Source: Bacteroidales bacterium
GTDB taxonomy: Bacteria > Bacteroidota > Bacteroidia > Bacteroidales > WCHB1-69
Assembly: GCA_045600905.1 (NCBI GenBank)
Contig: JAZRYT010000179.1
Coordinates: forward strand, 777 to 64,776
Direction of reading: 5' to 3'
DNA: 64,000 nucleotides
Shown: in pieces, positions 17,001 to 27,179 of the stretch
How positions within the stretch are numbered: position 1 is the stretch's first letter
Layout of the letters: every line of letters starts with the position of its first letter
Made by a program: the position numbers and the translations under genes
Notes under the pieces: generated by a model
The model's database searches: none
The model's input: the letters and a program-made list of their open reading frames with translations, nothing else
What the model was told of the DNA's origin: nothing

Positions 17001-20000
17001 ATATGGCAATTGCACCAAGTCAGAACATTCCGTAGAAACAGTCAGGATGTTGGAGTATTCGGAGCCGCAGTCAGCTTGAACACGGAAATCGTATTCCGTT
17101 CCCGGAAGCAAACCTTGCACCGTCATCGGATGGGCGGAAGCGCTTTCCACGTTCCAAACAGTATCGATAGATAGTTTGTATTCTACATTCCAACCGGTTT
17201 CATTGCCGTTCGGAGTCCAGTCTAAAGTAATTTCCGTTTGTTCAACATCCACAGCTTGGACATTGGAGACAACGAAACAGGAGGGAGCCAATGAGATTTC
17301 CAAATTGTCAATCGTACCAGAGTTGATGGCGCCGCTGCTATTTTTAGGAACATAGAAACAAATACGACCGTTAGATCCTTCGTAATGGTTCAGATAGACC
17401 ACGTGATGGCTGTGGGTTGTTTCCATAACATGTACGGTATCCACCGGAATAAAGGTGGCGGCGGAAGCCGGATTGGAAATCACACCAACGACAACCGTAA
17501 ATTCATTGTATGAAGTTGAATACTTGGCCGCATCGAAGGCGACTTGGAGTGTGTTCACCGGATAGACAACCGTGTCTATGGAAGGCAGGATGGCGTATTG
17601 ATCACCGTAGGTGGAAGCCGTACCAGTGTAGAAACGCAGTGCATTGGGGCCGCTTTGTGCGTATGAGGAACTGTTATAGATAACCGGATAACCCATATAG
17701 GAAGAACCCGTTCCGTCATTCAGATAGTTCCAGCAATTTGGAAGGTTGTTGATTGTACCTGTGGTAACGCCTGTATAGGAATCAAAATTATCAAAATACG
17801 GCAGTTCAGTCATCGGGTTGCATTCAGTCTCGAAAGAGCCCAGCAAATAGGTACTAAAACCAGTGTTGTCCAAACAAATAGCTCTGACGAAAACATCATA
17901 CGAAGTACCGGGTTGCAGACCTGTGAGCAGGTAATCGTTGCTGTTTACCACAGTTGGCGCAACACCTTCCAAAGAGGCACCACTCGTCACGACATAGAGT
18001 TCCCAAGAAGTCTCGACACTACCTTCAGCCCAAGCCACTGTAGCTTCGGTTTGGGAGACATTGCTAATCACCATATCGGTCGGAGCGTCACAAGCGGGCG
18101 CGCGGTCAATCACAAGGTCATCCATATAGACATATCCGTTGCCTTTGAAGGCAATATAATGGCCATTGCCGGAATAGGAAGTCAGCAACGCGGAGACCTG
18201 TTCGTGCGTGCTGATTGTAGAAGGTTTCAACGTATCAATAACGACGAAGCTGCTCAAATCCGTCGGGTCGGTCATAGCGCCAACTAAGAGATAGTAATTC
18301 GCACTGGTCGTATAAATATTGCAATCGACTTGCAGTGTGTTGAGTTGGATGGAAGCGTCAAATTCCGGAAGGACAGCCATACTGAACGTGCCGGCTGTAG
18401 AAGTCAGATTATAGAAATAGAGGCATCCCGGAGGTGTATTCGTGTTAGAGGAATAAACGTAAGGATAAGAAGTGCTCACCAAGCTGGTGGCGCTGGATGC
18501 GTAATAACGGTTCCAGCAGGACGGGAAATAGGCAGAGCCACTTCCGCCGTATGTGTCGAAATTATCCATAAACGGCAGATGCGTCACCGGATCGCAGTCT
18601 GTACGGAACGTATATTTCACATAGTCGGCATTTTCCCCATTGTCGCAAGCGGCCTGTACATAGATGTCATATTCCGTATTGGCCAAGAGGTTCAACAGAT
18701 GAACGACGGTATCGGTTACATATTCAGGAGAAGCGGTTTCCAAATCTACGGAATCCTTCAAGCCATAAACGTAGTACCAAGCGCTTTGGTCGGCACCGGG
18801 TGTCCAAACGACATCGGCGGTATGTGCGGTGACATCAGCGGTATGAACTTCGCTCACGCGCTCACAACTCGGAATATATTGAACAATGATGTCATCCACG
18901 CACATATAGGTGGAAGCAGTAGCCGGGCATCTGAAAGCCACGCAATGTCCATTGCCTTGATAGCCACGAGTGGTCAATTCGAACTCGCGCCAAGTGGAAA
19001 CAGTATCCGGCGTGAAATTACCCAACACTTCAAATGTGCTATAGTCGTTCGGATTGCTCATCAAACCGACTTCGATAAAGTAGGATGCGGAAGTCTTTCT
19101 AAGCCAGAAGCGGATTTGCAGGCTGTCCATTTGGACATCGTCTGCCAAACGAGGAGTGGCAGCGTATGAATAATATGCCGTAGTAGCATAGAAATAAGCA
19201 CTATAGTTTCCAGAATGGGAATAGGTGCTATATGTATAAGGATATTGTGTAGATGAAGAAGTAGCTCTGGTCCAACAAGAAACAAAATTGCCGGCGCCAC
19301 TGCCAGTAGCTGTTTCAAAATCTTCTGTAAACGGAAGACCTACAAACGGACAAAGAGTGTGAATATTATCCACCACCCAAGTACTGGTATCACCACAAAG
19401 AGCGGCAATGCGCACCTGGTAATCCACATCGCTCATAAGGTCATTGATTGTATAAGAAGTCGTATAAACTTCACCAATGTTCGTCCATTCATCAGCATTT
19501 GCCAATCTATATTCTAAAATCCAAGAAGTTTCCTGATAACCTGGAATCCAGGAAAGTTCTACGGCATTGTCGGTTACATCATCCACATGGAGTGTCGGCG
19601 GAGCACAAGAGGTATTAACATTACAATTTCCAAAACGGACATTACTACGGTAGGAAGATGCCGTACCTGCAGCTAACGACATAACATCCAACGGATTATA
19701 AGTCGTAGTCGAAGTATTCGTCAAATAACGAGCCATACCTGTTGCACTATGAGCTTTAAATGTTCTATCTGTAGAAATTGAGCCATTGGACACCTCATTA
19801 TGCGTATAGACTGCCAACAACAGATTGGAGAAACCGTTGTATTGGAAGACAGAGTCTAAAACAATCGTATTCCATCCGTTATCAGAAGCATTGGAGCGGA
19901 AAGTCACAGGACCGGAATATACCAATTGGGCATTGTCCATAGGAACCCAAGTGCTCACATTGGAAGCCATTGTGTTTTCCAAATAGACATCAATGTTCTT

Positions 20001-22790
20001 TGTCACAGATGCGTTACCACCATATTGGAAGGAAATGGTGGCGATTTCCATTTCATCGGAACCCATTTCGGAAGTCGTGAAAAGTTGTTGGGAATAACCA
20101 TATTGATATACCGTATAGAACGGCACGTAAGAGCTAGTGGAAGTACCTGTACCTATGGCCACATCTTCCGGAATCAAACAAACGGTCTGGAAAGAGACGG
20201 TTACCGGTTCTGAATAATCGGAAGCACAATTGGCACTTACACGTACATCGTATTTGGTCATTGGGGAAAGATTGGTAAGAATAAAGGAATTTCCAGAAAC
20301 GAGTTCCGGAGTGGACCAGCTTTCAAGGCCAGCTTCGGAATATTCAACCGAATAGCTTTCTGGCGGAATTACAGTCGGAGTCCAATTAACCTGAGCGCTC
20401 ACGCCATTTATATTGCTGACATTCACATTATTGGGAGCCATACAGGAAGGAACTTCATCCAATACGATATCGTCAATCAAGGCATAACTAGTCGCTTCTG
20501 CGGGAGCATAGAATGCCAAATAGACGGGGTCGTCATATTGTCCGGGCAGCATCACGTTAAAGTCAAACCATTCGCCAGCAGACGGATAGTCGGCTGTGTT
20601 AAGGTCTTTAAGCAGTGTAAATGTGGAGAAATCAGCAGGATCAGTCATCAAGCCTACTTGCAGTCTGCCGTATCCGGCAGTAGTTGCGGTTCTCATAGCC
20701 TTGAAACTGAGCATCAAAGAGCCGGCCCCATATTGTGAAAGATCCAATGCCTGGGAAGCGGCGGCAGAGTAATAAGCGGATGTGGAGTAAAAATAGAGGG
20801 CACCCGTACCGGAGGCGTGGTTCGTAGAATAGACGTAAGGATAATTGGAAGAGTAATTGGTGGTGCGGTCCCAACAATCCGGAATCACACCAGAGGAGAC
20901 TGCTGAAGCAGCGGGAACGCCATCGAAATTCTCCACATAAGGCAATGTGGTGACAGCAACACAACGAGTGGTAAAAGAGGCCACCGTGGACCAATCACTG
21001 ACCTCACTGCCGCAGTTGGCACGCACATACACATCGTAGGTGGTGTTGGCTTCCAAGCCCGTAAACGTGTAGGGATGTTCCGACACGTATTCTACAGCAG
21101 ATTCATCCATCGGGTCTCCTGCTTCCACCACACTGATATCCCAAGCGGATTCATCTCCAGAAAGAGTCCAATCGATGGTAACACTGTTGTCTGTAATTTG
21201 GGAAAAATTCACCCCTGTCGGTTTCAGACAGGAGGAAGCCACGGATATCACGATATCGTCAATATGACCGGCATTATAACTGGTTGATGGAGCCAATGTG
21301 TAGAAGACAATGCGGTTGCCGTTTCCCTCATAGCGGTTCAAGAAAATGGTTCTATCTTGATAAACATTATACACGTCTTCTGATGTAAGGGAAATAGTAT
21401 CGACAGGCGTGATAGTATTGAGAGAGTCACCCATCACACCTACAATGCAGGTAAACGGATAGGAAGATGAGTATCTTCTAACTTTCAAATCAACTTGAAG
21501 CGTATTGATAGGAGTAGTCGCTACATCTATAACAGGTGTGGCTGCATATTGGTTGCCATACGAGGAGGTTCCACTCACATACGAATAAAAACGTAGGCTG
21601 TTCGTTCCACTATTCGAATAGCTTGCACTATTATATATAATAGGATAGCCCGAATAAGATGCGGAAGAATAATTATAGCCCGTATTGTACTGCGTCCAGC
21701 AAGCCAACGGGAGGTTGGTGCTTGATCCTGAAGTAGAGCCAGTATAACTATCAAAATTCTGGATATATGGAAATTGAGAAATCATACCACAAGCAGTGGA
21801 TGCGTAAGCCTTTTTACTGTAATTGGACGTATCGTCAATACCACACACGGCACGCACATAGAAATCGTATGGCGTACTGGGAATGAGGTTGTCTATTGTG
21901 GCAGAAGTATTGAACGCCTGTACCCTGGTGCCGGTTCCTTTTACAAAGCCAGCGGGACCATATTCCACTTCCCATTCCATAGCCGAACCATTTTCCGTCC
22001 AGCTGAGGTCAATGCTTGTTTGGGTTATGGAAGATGTATTTACAATTACAGAAGTGGGTTTAGGACAAGTAATGGTATAGGGTTCGAAAAGATAATAACG
22101 GTTCACATCGGGCCAGTTGCCTATAGGACAAGAGTTTGCAGATTGCCCTTCTTCATAAAAAGAAGCGATATGGTTGTTATCCAACAAGATGATTTCAGTA
22201 TTATCGACGCACATACCAGGCTGACGGTCCACATTGGGCATCATAGACGGAGCGGTAGAGGCATAGACGATTTGGATATTGTTGCTGCCTTCAAAAAGCT
22301 GAATCTGCCATTTCAAGATAGCCGGACGCGAAGTTGTATTATACGTGGAAGCAGCGAACTCAATCACCGCCACGCGGTTGGGTTCCGTCCCCACCACTTC
22401 GTGACGCACATAGTTATTGACATCGCGATAGCCATCACATCCCAGCATATTGATTTTCGGATTGTTGACAACGGAAGCAGTAGCACTAAACGGTGTACTA
22501 TAATTGTTCGTTGCGGTAACTACAGAACCAAAACGGAAGTTACCATCCGAGTTGACGGAGAACTGGGTGTAGTTGTTTCCAGCAAAATTAAACGTAAAGC
22601 CGAGATCCTGCACAGACGATGCGACACCGTCGCCTGTCGTGGCAAGTAGAGAAGTAGTGGTACTTAACGGTATCCATTTGGTGGAATCCGTTCCGGTGGA
22701 GAAATAATAAGCCTCCAAACCTTGAGCTGACACCCGGAGAGTGAAGACACTCAGCAGCAGCACCAGCATTAAGCATAAAGTTTTTTTCAT
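14082..22790 (-). CDS. Giant T9SS-sorted surface protein (2902 aa) with alternating choice-of-anchor-J-like and fibronectin type III modules and a type A C-terminal sorting domain
   Basis: Signal peptide MKKTLCLMLVLLLSVFTLRVSAQG. About 11 Fn3-like units match C(x)PT..V....T..SA.L.W..........W.(V/L)EY. About 9-10 modules begin LPY(T/F)ENFD...P.CW. The C-terminus NVYPNPTSGQFTI...GVYFARILTDKGVVTKRIVKK is a Por_Secre_tail type. Confidence 0.9.
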   Translation of the reverse strand: MKKTLCLMLVLLLSVFTLRVSAQGLEAYYFSTGTDSTKWIPLSTTTSLLATTGDGVASSVQDLGFTFNFAGNNYTQFSVNSDGNFRFGSVVTATNNYSTPFSATASVVNNPKINMLGCDGYRDVNNYVRHEVVGTEPNRVAVIEFAASTYNTTSRPAILKWQIQLFEGSNNIQIVYASTAPSMMPNVDRQPGMCVDNTEIILLDNNHIASFYEEGQSANSCPIGNWPDVNRYYLFEPYTITCPKPTSVIVNTSSITQTSIDLSWTENGSAMEWEVEYGPAGFVKGTGTRVQAFNTSATIDNLIPSTPYDFYVRAVCGIDDTSNYSKKAYASTACGMISQFPYIQNFDSYTGSTSGSSTNLPLACWTQYNTGYNYSSASYSGYPIIYNSASYSNSGTNSLRFYSYVSGTSSYGNQYAATPVIDVATTPINTLQVDLKVRRYSSSYPFTCIVGVMGDSLNTITPVDTISLTSEDVYNVYQDRTIFLNRYEGNGNRIVFYTLAPSTSYNAGHIDDIVISVASSCLKPTGVNFSQITDNSVTIDWTLSGDESAWDISVVEAGDPMDESAVEYVSEHPYTFTGLEANTTYDVYVRANCGSEVSDWSTVASFTTRCVAVTTLPYVENFDGVPAASAVSSGVIPDCWDRTTNYSSNYPYVYSTNHASGTGALYFYSTSAYYSAAASQALDLSQYGAGSLMLSFKAMRTATTAGYGRLQVGLMTDPADFSTFTLLKDLNTADYPSAGEWFDFNVMLPGQYDDPVYLAFYAPAEATSYALIDDIVLDEVPSCMAPNNVNVSNINGVSAQVNWTPTVIPPESYSVEYSEAGLESWSTPELVSGNSFILTNLSPMTKYDVRVSANCASDYSEPVTVSFQTVCLIPEDVAIGTGTSTSSYVPFYTVYQYGYSQQLFTTSEMGSDEMEIATISFQYGGNASVTKNIDVYLENTMASNVSTWVPMDNAQLVYSGPVTFRSNASDNGWNTIVLDSVFQYNGFSNLLLAVYTHNEVSNGSISTDRTFKAHSATGMARYLTNTSTTTYNPLDVMSLAAGTASSYRSNVRFGNCNVNTSCAPPTLHVDDVTDNAVELSWIPGYQETSWILEYRLANADEWTNIGEVYTTSYTINDLMSDVDYQVRIAALCGDTSTWVVDNIHTLCPFVGLPFTEDFETATGSGAGNFVSCWTRATSSSTQYPYTYSTYSHSGNYSAYFYATTAYYSYAATPRLADDVQMDSLQIRFWLRKTSASYFIEVGLMSNPNDYSTFEVLGNFTPDTVSTWREFELTTRGYQGNGHCVAFRCPATASTYMCVDDIIVQYIPSCERVSEVHTADVTAHTADVVWTPGADQSAWYYVYGLKDSVDLETASPEYVTDTVVHLLNLLANTEYDIYVQAACDNGENADYVKYTFRTDCDPVTHLPFMDNFDTYGGSGSAYFPSCWNRYYASSATSLVSTSYPYVYSSNTNTPPGCLYFYNLTSTAGTFSMAVLPEFDASIQLNTLQVDCNIYTTSANYYLLVGAMTDPTDLSSFVVIDTLKPSTISTHEQVSALLTSYSGNGHYIAFKGNGYVYMDDLVIDRAPACDAPTDMVISNVSQTEATVAWAEGSVETSWELYVVTSGASLEGVAPTVVNSNDYLLTGLQPGTSYDVFVRAICLDNTGFSTYLLGSFETECNPMTELPYFDNFDSYTGVTTGTINNLPNCWNYLNDGTGSSYMGYPVIYNSSSYAQSGPNALRFYTGTASTYGDQYAILPSIDTVVYPVNTLQVAFDAAKYSTSYNEFTVVVGVISNPASAATFIPVDTVHVMETTHSHHVVYLNHYEGSNGRICFYVPKNSSGAINSGTIDNLEISLAPSCFVVSNVQAVDVEQTEITLDWTPNGNETGWNVEYKLSIDTVWNVESASAHPMTVQGLLPGTEYDFRVQADCGSEYSNILTVSTECSDLVQLPYTENFDSYTASTSGTVVNLPNCWHQIHLGWTSSTYKAYPIMYNSSSYAQSGSNSLRFYTYTATGDQWAVMRSIDTLTYPIQSLQMTLSAREYSTSYPFELVIGVMSDFRDTSTFVPVQTISPTGTTYEDFTVYFRDYVGGGKYIAMVAKKPNSSYNTGNVDDITISVAPNCFPVSDLVATTVNTNDITVEWTPNGSETDWVVEYRSETDDDWNQVFASTTPSATAQGLTPATYYSFRVKADCGNSEYSAWSDILIARTSCSTMTLPFEESFDSIPGVTTGTVNNLPDCWNNLSGTYSSYAGYPIVYNSSSYAYNGNNSLRFYTGTTTSTDYGDQYAILPPIDVTTNPINTLQLSFKARKYTSTYATFTLVVGVMGNAENAATFVPVDTIEVTDLTYGDYMVYLSSYTGQGNRIALLAPRQTSVAYNEGHVDYIRLETISGCPAPRGLNAVTNTTSSVTLGWIENGSATQWNIEYGPAGFTQGSGTVVPASTNPFTITGLTPSTNYTFYVQAVCGDDETSAWSTDYTVATACDVMSLPYTENFDSYIGTTYSAAGPIPLCWTTTMNNTTYPAPHIVGSGSYCYPHSGANCMVFTSGAAGADAYAVLPSFDRPLNTMHLNFYRRMENATNGTLTVGYVTSSANMSTFVVVATIPSLTTGDTISVDFTGADIPANGMIAFHWNYTTSFYSCCIDDINVTSDAPVNPCNAPTNVAASNVLQNTATITWTAGGDETAWNLQYKAAADADWSSNIAVSNTPSYALNGLTANTAYMVRVQAACDEDNVSNWTDGSFTTLEEDVPTCPAPTNVAASNITKNAAVITWDQEANTASSWTVQYKQTVASAWETATANAMTYTLNGLNDNTQYDVQVIANCDNGLTSDPSQTIQFTTLIDGVNEYVLDAAINVYPNPTSGQFTISNEQCTIYNVEVYDVYGKLINTTKVEDTQVTLDINTCADGVYFARILTDKGVVTKRIVKK

Positions 22791-22877
22791 AAAATATTTT
22801 ATTTGATTAGTAATTAAATATTTACAACGAAACTTTTCAACAAACGGATGTTTTTTTCATCTTTGTCAAAAGGGCGG

Positions 22878-22885
22878 CAAAGATA
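22878..22885 (-). promoter_or_regulatory. -7 box TATCTTTG upstream of the 2902-aa gene
   Basis: Perfect match 88 nt upstream of the ATG at 22790. It is embedded in a nested palindrome at 22849-22897. Confidence 0.5.
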
Positions 22886-23153
22886 AACAAAAAAACAGAA
22901 TTCGGCCTTACTTTAACATTTTATAACCTAACAAATGTTAATAACTCGCTATGATCATATTTGTAGAAGTCTGGGATTAGGGGCATTACTGAATCTCACA
23001 TTACCACATCTTCACCTTCCCGCATTATGACAATTTGTCAGTCTTTACCGAACAGGACCCATACGGAGGTAATCTTTGGCACAGATTTTGCGATAAAAGT
23101 CGCCTCATTTTGAAAATTCAAAAAAACAATAACTAACTTAAAACATCAAAATT

Positions 23154-23429
23154 ATGAAATGCAACATCAAACCATTGGCTGACAGAGTTTTAGTAAAACC
23201 TGCCGAAGCAGAACAGAAAACAGCCGGCGGCATCATCATCCCCGACACCGCAAAAGAAAAACCGCAAAAAGGCACTGTTGTCGCAGTAGGTCCAGGCAAA
23301 AAAGACGAACCTATGACAGTTAAAGTAAAAGATTCCGTTCTCTATGGTAAATATTCCGGCACGGAAATCCAATTGGATGGCGAAACCTACCTCATTATGA
23401 AGGAAAGCGACATTTACGCTATCTGCTAA
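23154..23429 (+). CDS. groES: Co-chaperonin GroES
   Basis: 91 aa: [42 protein letters not shown], located directly upstream of groEL. Confidence 0.95.
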   Translation: MKCNIKPLADRVLVKPAEAEQKTAGGIIIPDTAKEKPQKGTVVAVGPGKKDEPMTVKVKDSVLYGKYSGTEIQLDGETYLIMKESDIYAIC

Positions 23430-23442
23430 TTCAACAATTTAG

Positions 23443-25107
<1,665 letters not shown>

Positions 25108-25131
25108 AATACTGATCTCTATACTTTTGAA

Positions 25132-25168
25132 AAATCCTGCAAGAATTTCTTGCGGGATTTTTTTATTT
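25132..25168 (+). terminator. Intrinsic terminator after groEL
   Basis: AAATCCTGCAAG-AATTT-CTTGCGGGATTT followed by TTTTATTTT. Confidence 0.8.
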
Positions 25169-25181
25169 TATCATAAAATTA

Positions 25182-25189
25182 TATTTTTG
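25182..25189 (+). promoter_or_regulatory. -7 box TATTTTTG
   Basis: 19 nt upstream of the ATG at 25208, just after the groEL terminator. Confidence 0.5.
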
Positions 25190-25207
25190 CGGCACTAAAA
25201 CATCCTT

Positions 25208-25912
25208 ATGAAACAGCATTTCCCACTTGCCTTCACCATTTTGTTGCTCTTGAGTAATACACTATGGGCACAAAACATTGAAGACACCGCACATTTTAAG
25301 ATCGTCGGCATCATTCACACCGACCAGTTAGGAATCTTGCAAAGTGACGAAATTCGTACCCATTATAAAAGCGAGAATCTCAAAACCATTCCTTCCAGAA
25401 ACGGAGAATATCGTGTTTGGGAAGACAAACAGAATACTGAAGATGTAATATATCGCAAGTTTTTAACCGTTGACCAACAGGATCTTGGACGCGAAAGTAT
25501 GTTAAACGACGATTCCCTCAGACAATTGATATTCGATAAAAAAGCCTATCTCAGTTTTTATTTGGCAACGGACCTATTAAACTATATTGTTGCTTCACCC
25601 CAATGCGATTCAACTTTGGCCAAACGCATCCAGAACACATACGATTTCAGCGAATTTGCATTCAATGGTTGGCGGCATTCTTCCATCCATCCTAAAAAAA
25701 GAATTCCGCATTCTGAATCTGTCTCCTTAAACAAAAAATATTCGTATGTCTCGTATGCCGAGTCCGATTTCCTTATTGTTGAAACAACATACGAACAATA
25801 TTTGGTGTCACATCCTCAATATGAATTTGAAGGATTTGTTTTATCAATCTGGCTTCACGGAGACGACGACGAAGATCGGCCCATCCGAATTGCCATTCCG
25901 CTCAATGACTAA
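25208..25912 (+). CDS. Hypothetical secreted protein
   Basis: 234 aa with signal peptide MKQHFPLAFTILLLLSNTLWAQN. A TATTTTTG box lies 19 nt upstream. No family recognised. Confidence 0.55.
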   Translation: MKQHFPLAFTILLLLSNTLWAQNIEDTAHFKIVGIIHTDQLGILQSDEIRTHYKSENLKTIPSRNGEYRVWEDKQNTEDVIYRKFLTVDQQDLGRESMLNDDSLRQLIFDKKAYLSFYLATDLLNYIVASPQCDSTLAKRIQNTYDFSEFAFNGWRHSSIHPKKRIPHSESVSLNKKYSYVSYAESDFLIVETTYEQYLVSHPQYEFEGFVLSIWLHGDDDEDRPIRIAIPLND

Positions 25913-25961
25913 CGGCATTCATCATTCTACCGAACAACGGTCCCTAACCGGGACCTCATCA

Positions 25962-25989
25962 TTAATCATTAACCCTTAACCATTCTCCC
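25962..25989 (+). repeat. Heptamer array TTAATCA TTAACCC TTAACCA TTCTCCC
   Basis: Read directly, downstream of the stop at 25910-25912. Confidence 0.8.
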
Positions 25990-26021
25990 TTTTACACCTT
26001 TACACCTTTCACCTTTTTTTA

Positions 26022-26029
26022 TATCTTTG
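26022..26029 (+). promoter_or_regulatory. -7 box TATCTTTG
   Basis: 55 nt upstream of the ATG at 26084. Confidence 0.5.
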
Positions 26030-26083
26030 CAAGCTTTGTTGCAAACCAACATCTTACAACGTATCTCATTAAATATCAGGACA

Positions 26084-27127
26084 ATGAAAAGAATTTTCGT
26101 TTTGTTTTTGTGTTTGATTTCCTTTAGTGTTTTCGCACAAACAACATCTTCAGACACCAATCGAACCGATGCGCAGGGACGCAAGCAAGGAGTTTGGAAA
26201 AAATATGAGAAAGGCACGCTCGTCTATGAGGGCCAATTCAAAGACAATGTGCCATACGGCATCTTCAAATATTATCACACCAACGGAAAACTGAAGAGCA
26301 CGACCGAATTCATTCAGGGCGTACATAAAGTTAAAACCGTGATTTACCACGAGAACGGGCACAAAGCATCAGAAGGCGTTTTCATTGACCAAATCAAAGA
26401 CGGCATCTGGAACTACTACTCCAATTCCGACAAACTCATCAAAATCGAAAATTACGCAAACGGCAAGGAGACAGGAAATTGGAAGACATACTCCAACGAA
26501 AGCGGTGTGCTATTGGAAGAAAAGAACTACTACAACGGCAAGCTCAGCGGCACGCACACAACCTACTACACCAATGGCGAAATCAGTTTGGAGGAGAACT
26601 ACATTGATGGCAAACTGAACGGAACGGCCACAGCCTATTATCCTAAAGACCATCACATTTCAAGCGCCGGAAATTATCACAACGGCATTAGAATTGGCAC
26701 GTGGGACTTTTATGATGTTAATGGCAAGAAGCGCACCACTTACGAATACAAAGAGAACCACACGATGAGCACCTACGTTTATCTGTATCAAAACGGCGCA
26801 GGGCAGAAAATAAACCAGGACATCATCGCCTATTTTATGAAAAACGGCGACAAGTCTGTTGCCGTCCTCCGTTCCGGAAAGAAGCTCAGCTTAGACGAAT
26901 CCATTGACGACATCGCCTTGTGGGTGGATTTCCTCGTTTTCACTCGTATATCACCCAGCATGATTGCCGCAAACGACGCCATCGTCAGAATCAAAGAAGT
27001 TGAAGACGCAGACAACGATGCAATCACCATCAAGCTCAGGCCGTCACCAGGCGAAGAAATTTACTCTGAAGGAACGGATGCCAAGTTGGTTAAAGCGTTG
27101 TTCAATACAAAGATGCCGAAAGAATAA
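26084..27127 (+). CDS. Secreted MORN/YwqK-type repeat protein with an unassigned C-terminal domain
   Basis: The ATG at 26084 gives signal peptide MKRIFVLFLCLISFSVFAQ. It has tandem repeats of about 23 aa (G.W..Y..NGKL..E..Y..GK..G). The C-terminal 100 aa or so is distinct. A TATCTTTG box lies at 26022. Confidence 0.65.
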   Translation: MKRIFVLFLCLISFSVFAQTTSSDTNRTDAQGRKQGVWKKYEKGTLVYEGQFKDNVPYGIFKYYHTNGKLKSTTEFIQGVHKVKTVIYHENGHKASEGVFIDQIKDGIWNYYSNSDKLIKIENYANGKETGNWKTYSNESGVLLEEKNYYNGKLSGTHTTYYTNGEISLEENYIDGKLNGTATAYYPKDHHISSAGNYHNGIRIGTWDFYDVNGKKRTTYEYKENHTMSTYVYLYQNGAGQKINQDIIAYFMKNGDKSVAVLRSGKKLSLDESIDDIALWVDFLVFTRISPSMIAANDAIVRIKEVEDADNDAITIKLRPSPGEEIYSEGTDAKLVKALFNTKMPKE

Positions 27128-27176
27128 GGATTAGGTAATAGGTAATAGGTAATAAGTATTAGGGTTTAGAATTTAA
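27128..27176 (+). repeat. Heptamer array, 7 units (GGATTAG GTAATAG GTAATAG GTAATAA GTATTAG GGTTTAG AATTTAA)
   Basis: It fills the whole gap between the TAA at 27125-27127 and the ATG at 27180. Every unit ends in TAG or TAA. Confidence 0.9.
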
Positions 27177-27179
27177 GGT

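Noticed and set aside
14037-22649. Plus-strand ORFs (14037-15185, 18330-19169, 21774-22649 and smaller ones) antisense to the 2902-aa gene
   Set aside because: The reasoning is the same as for the GCDS-gene antisense ORFs. The sequences are not protein-like, and the minus-strand frame is continuous with a signal peptide, Fn3 repeats and a CTD.
22781-22790. A7 tract right after the ATG of the 2902-aa gene (ATGAAAAAAACT) as a slipped-strand phase-variation switch
   Set aside because: Seven A residues encoding Lys-Lys at the start of a signal peptide are common in AT-leaning Bacteroidales genes. The tract is too short to claim phase variation without population data.
22791-23153. Invertible (phase-variable) promoter upstream of the giant gene, and a CIRCE/HrcA operator upstream of groES
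   Set aside because: The inverted repeats present (9 bp low-complexity, 7 bp, and a 9-bp TTAACATTT/AAATGTTAA pair) enclose only 11-31 bp, far smaller than known invertible promoter segments. No recombinase is nearby. No TTAGCACTC-N9-GAGTGCTAA-like element is present before groES.
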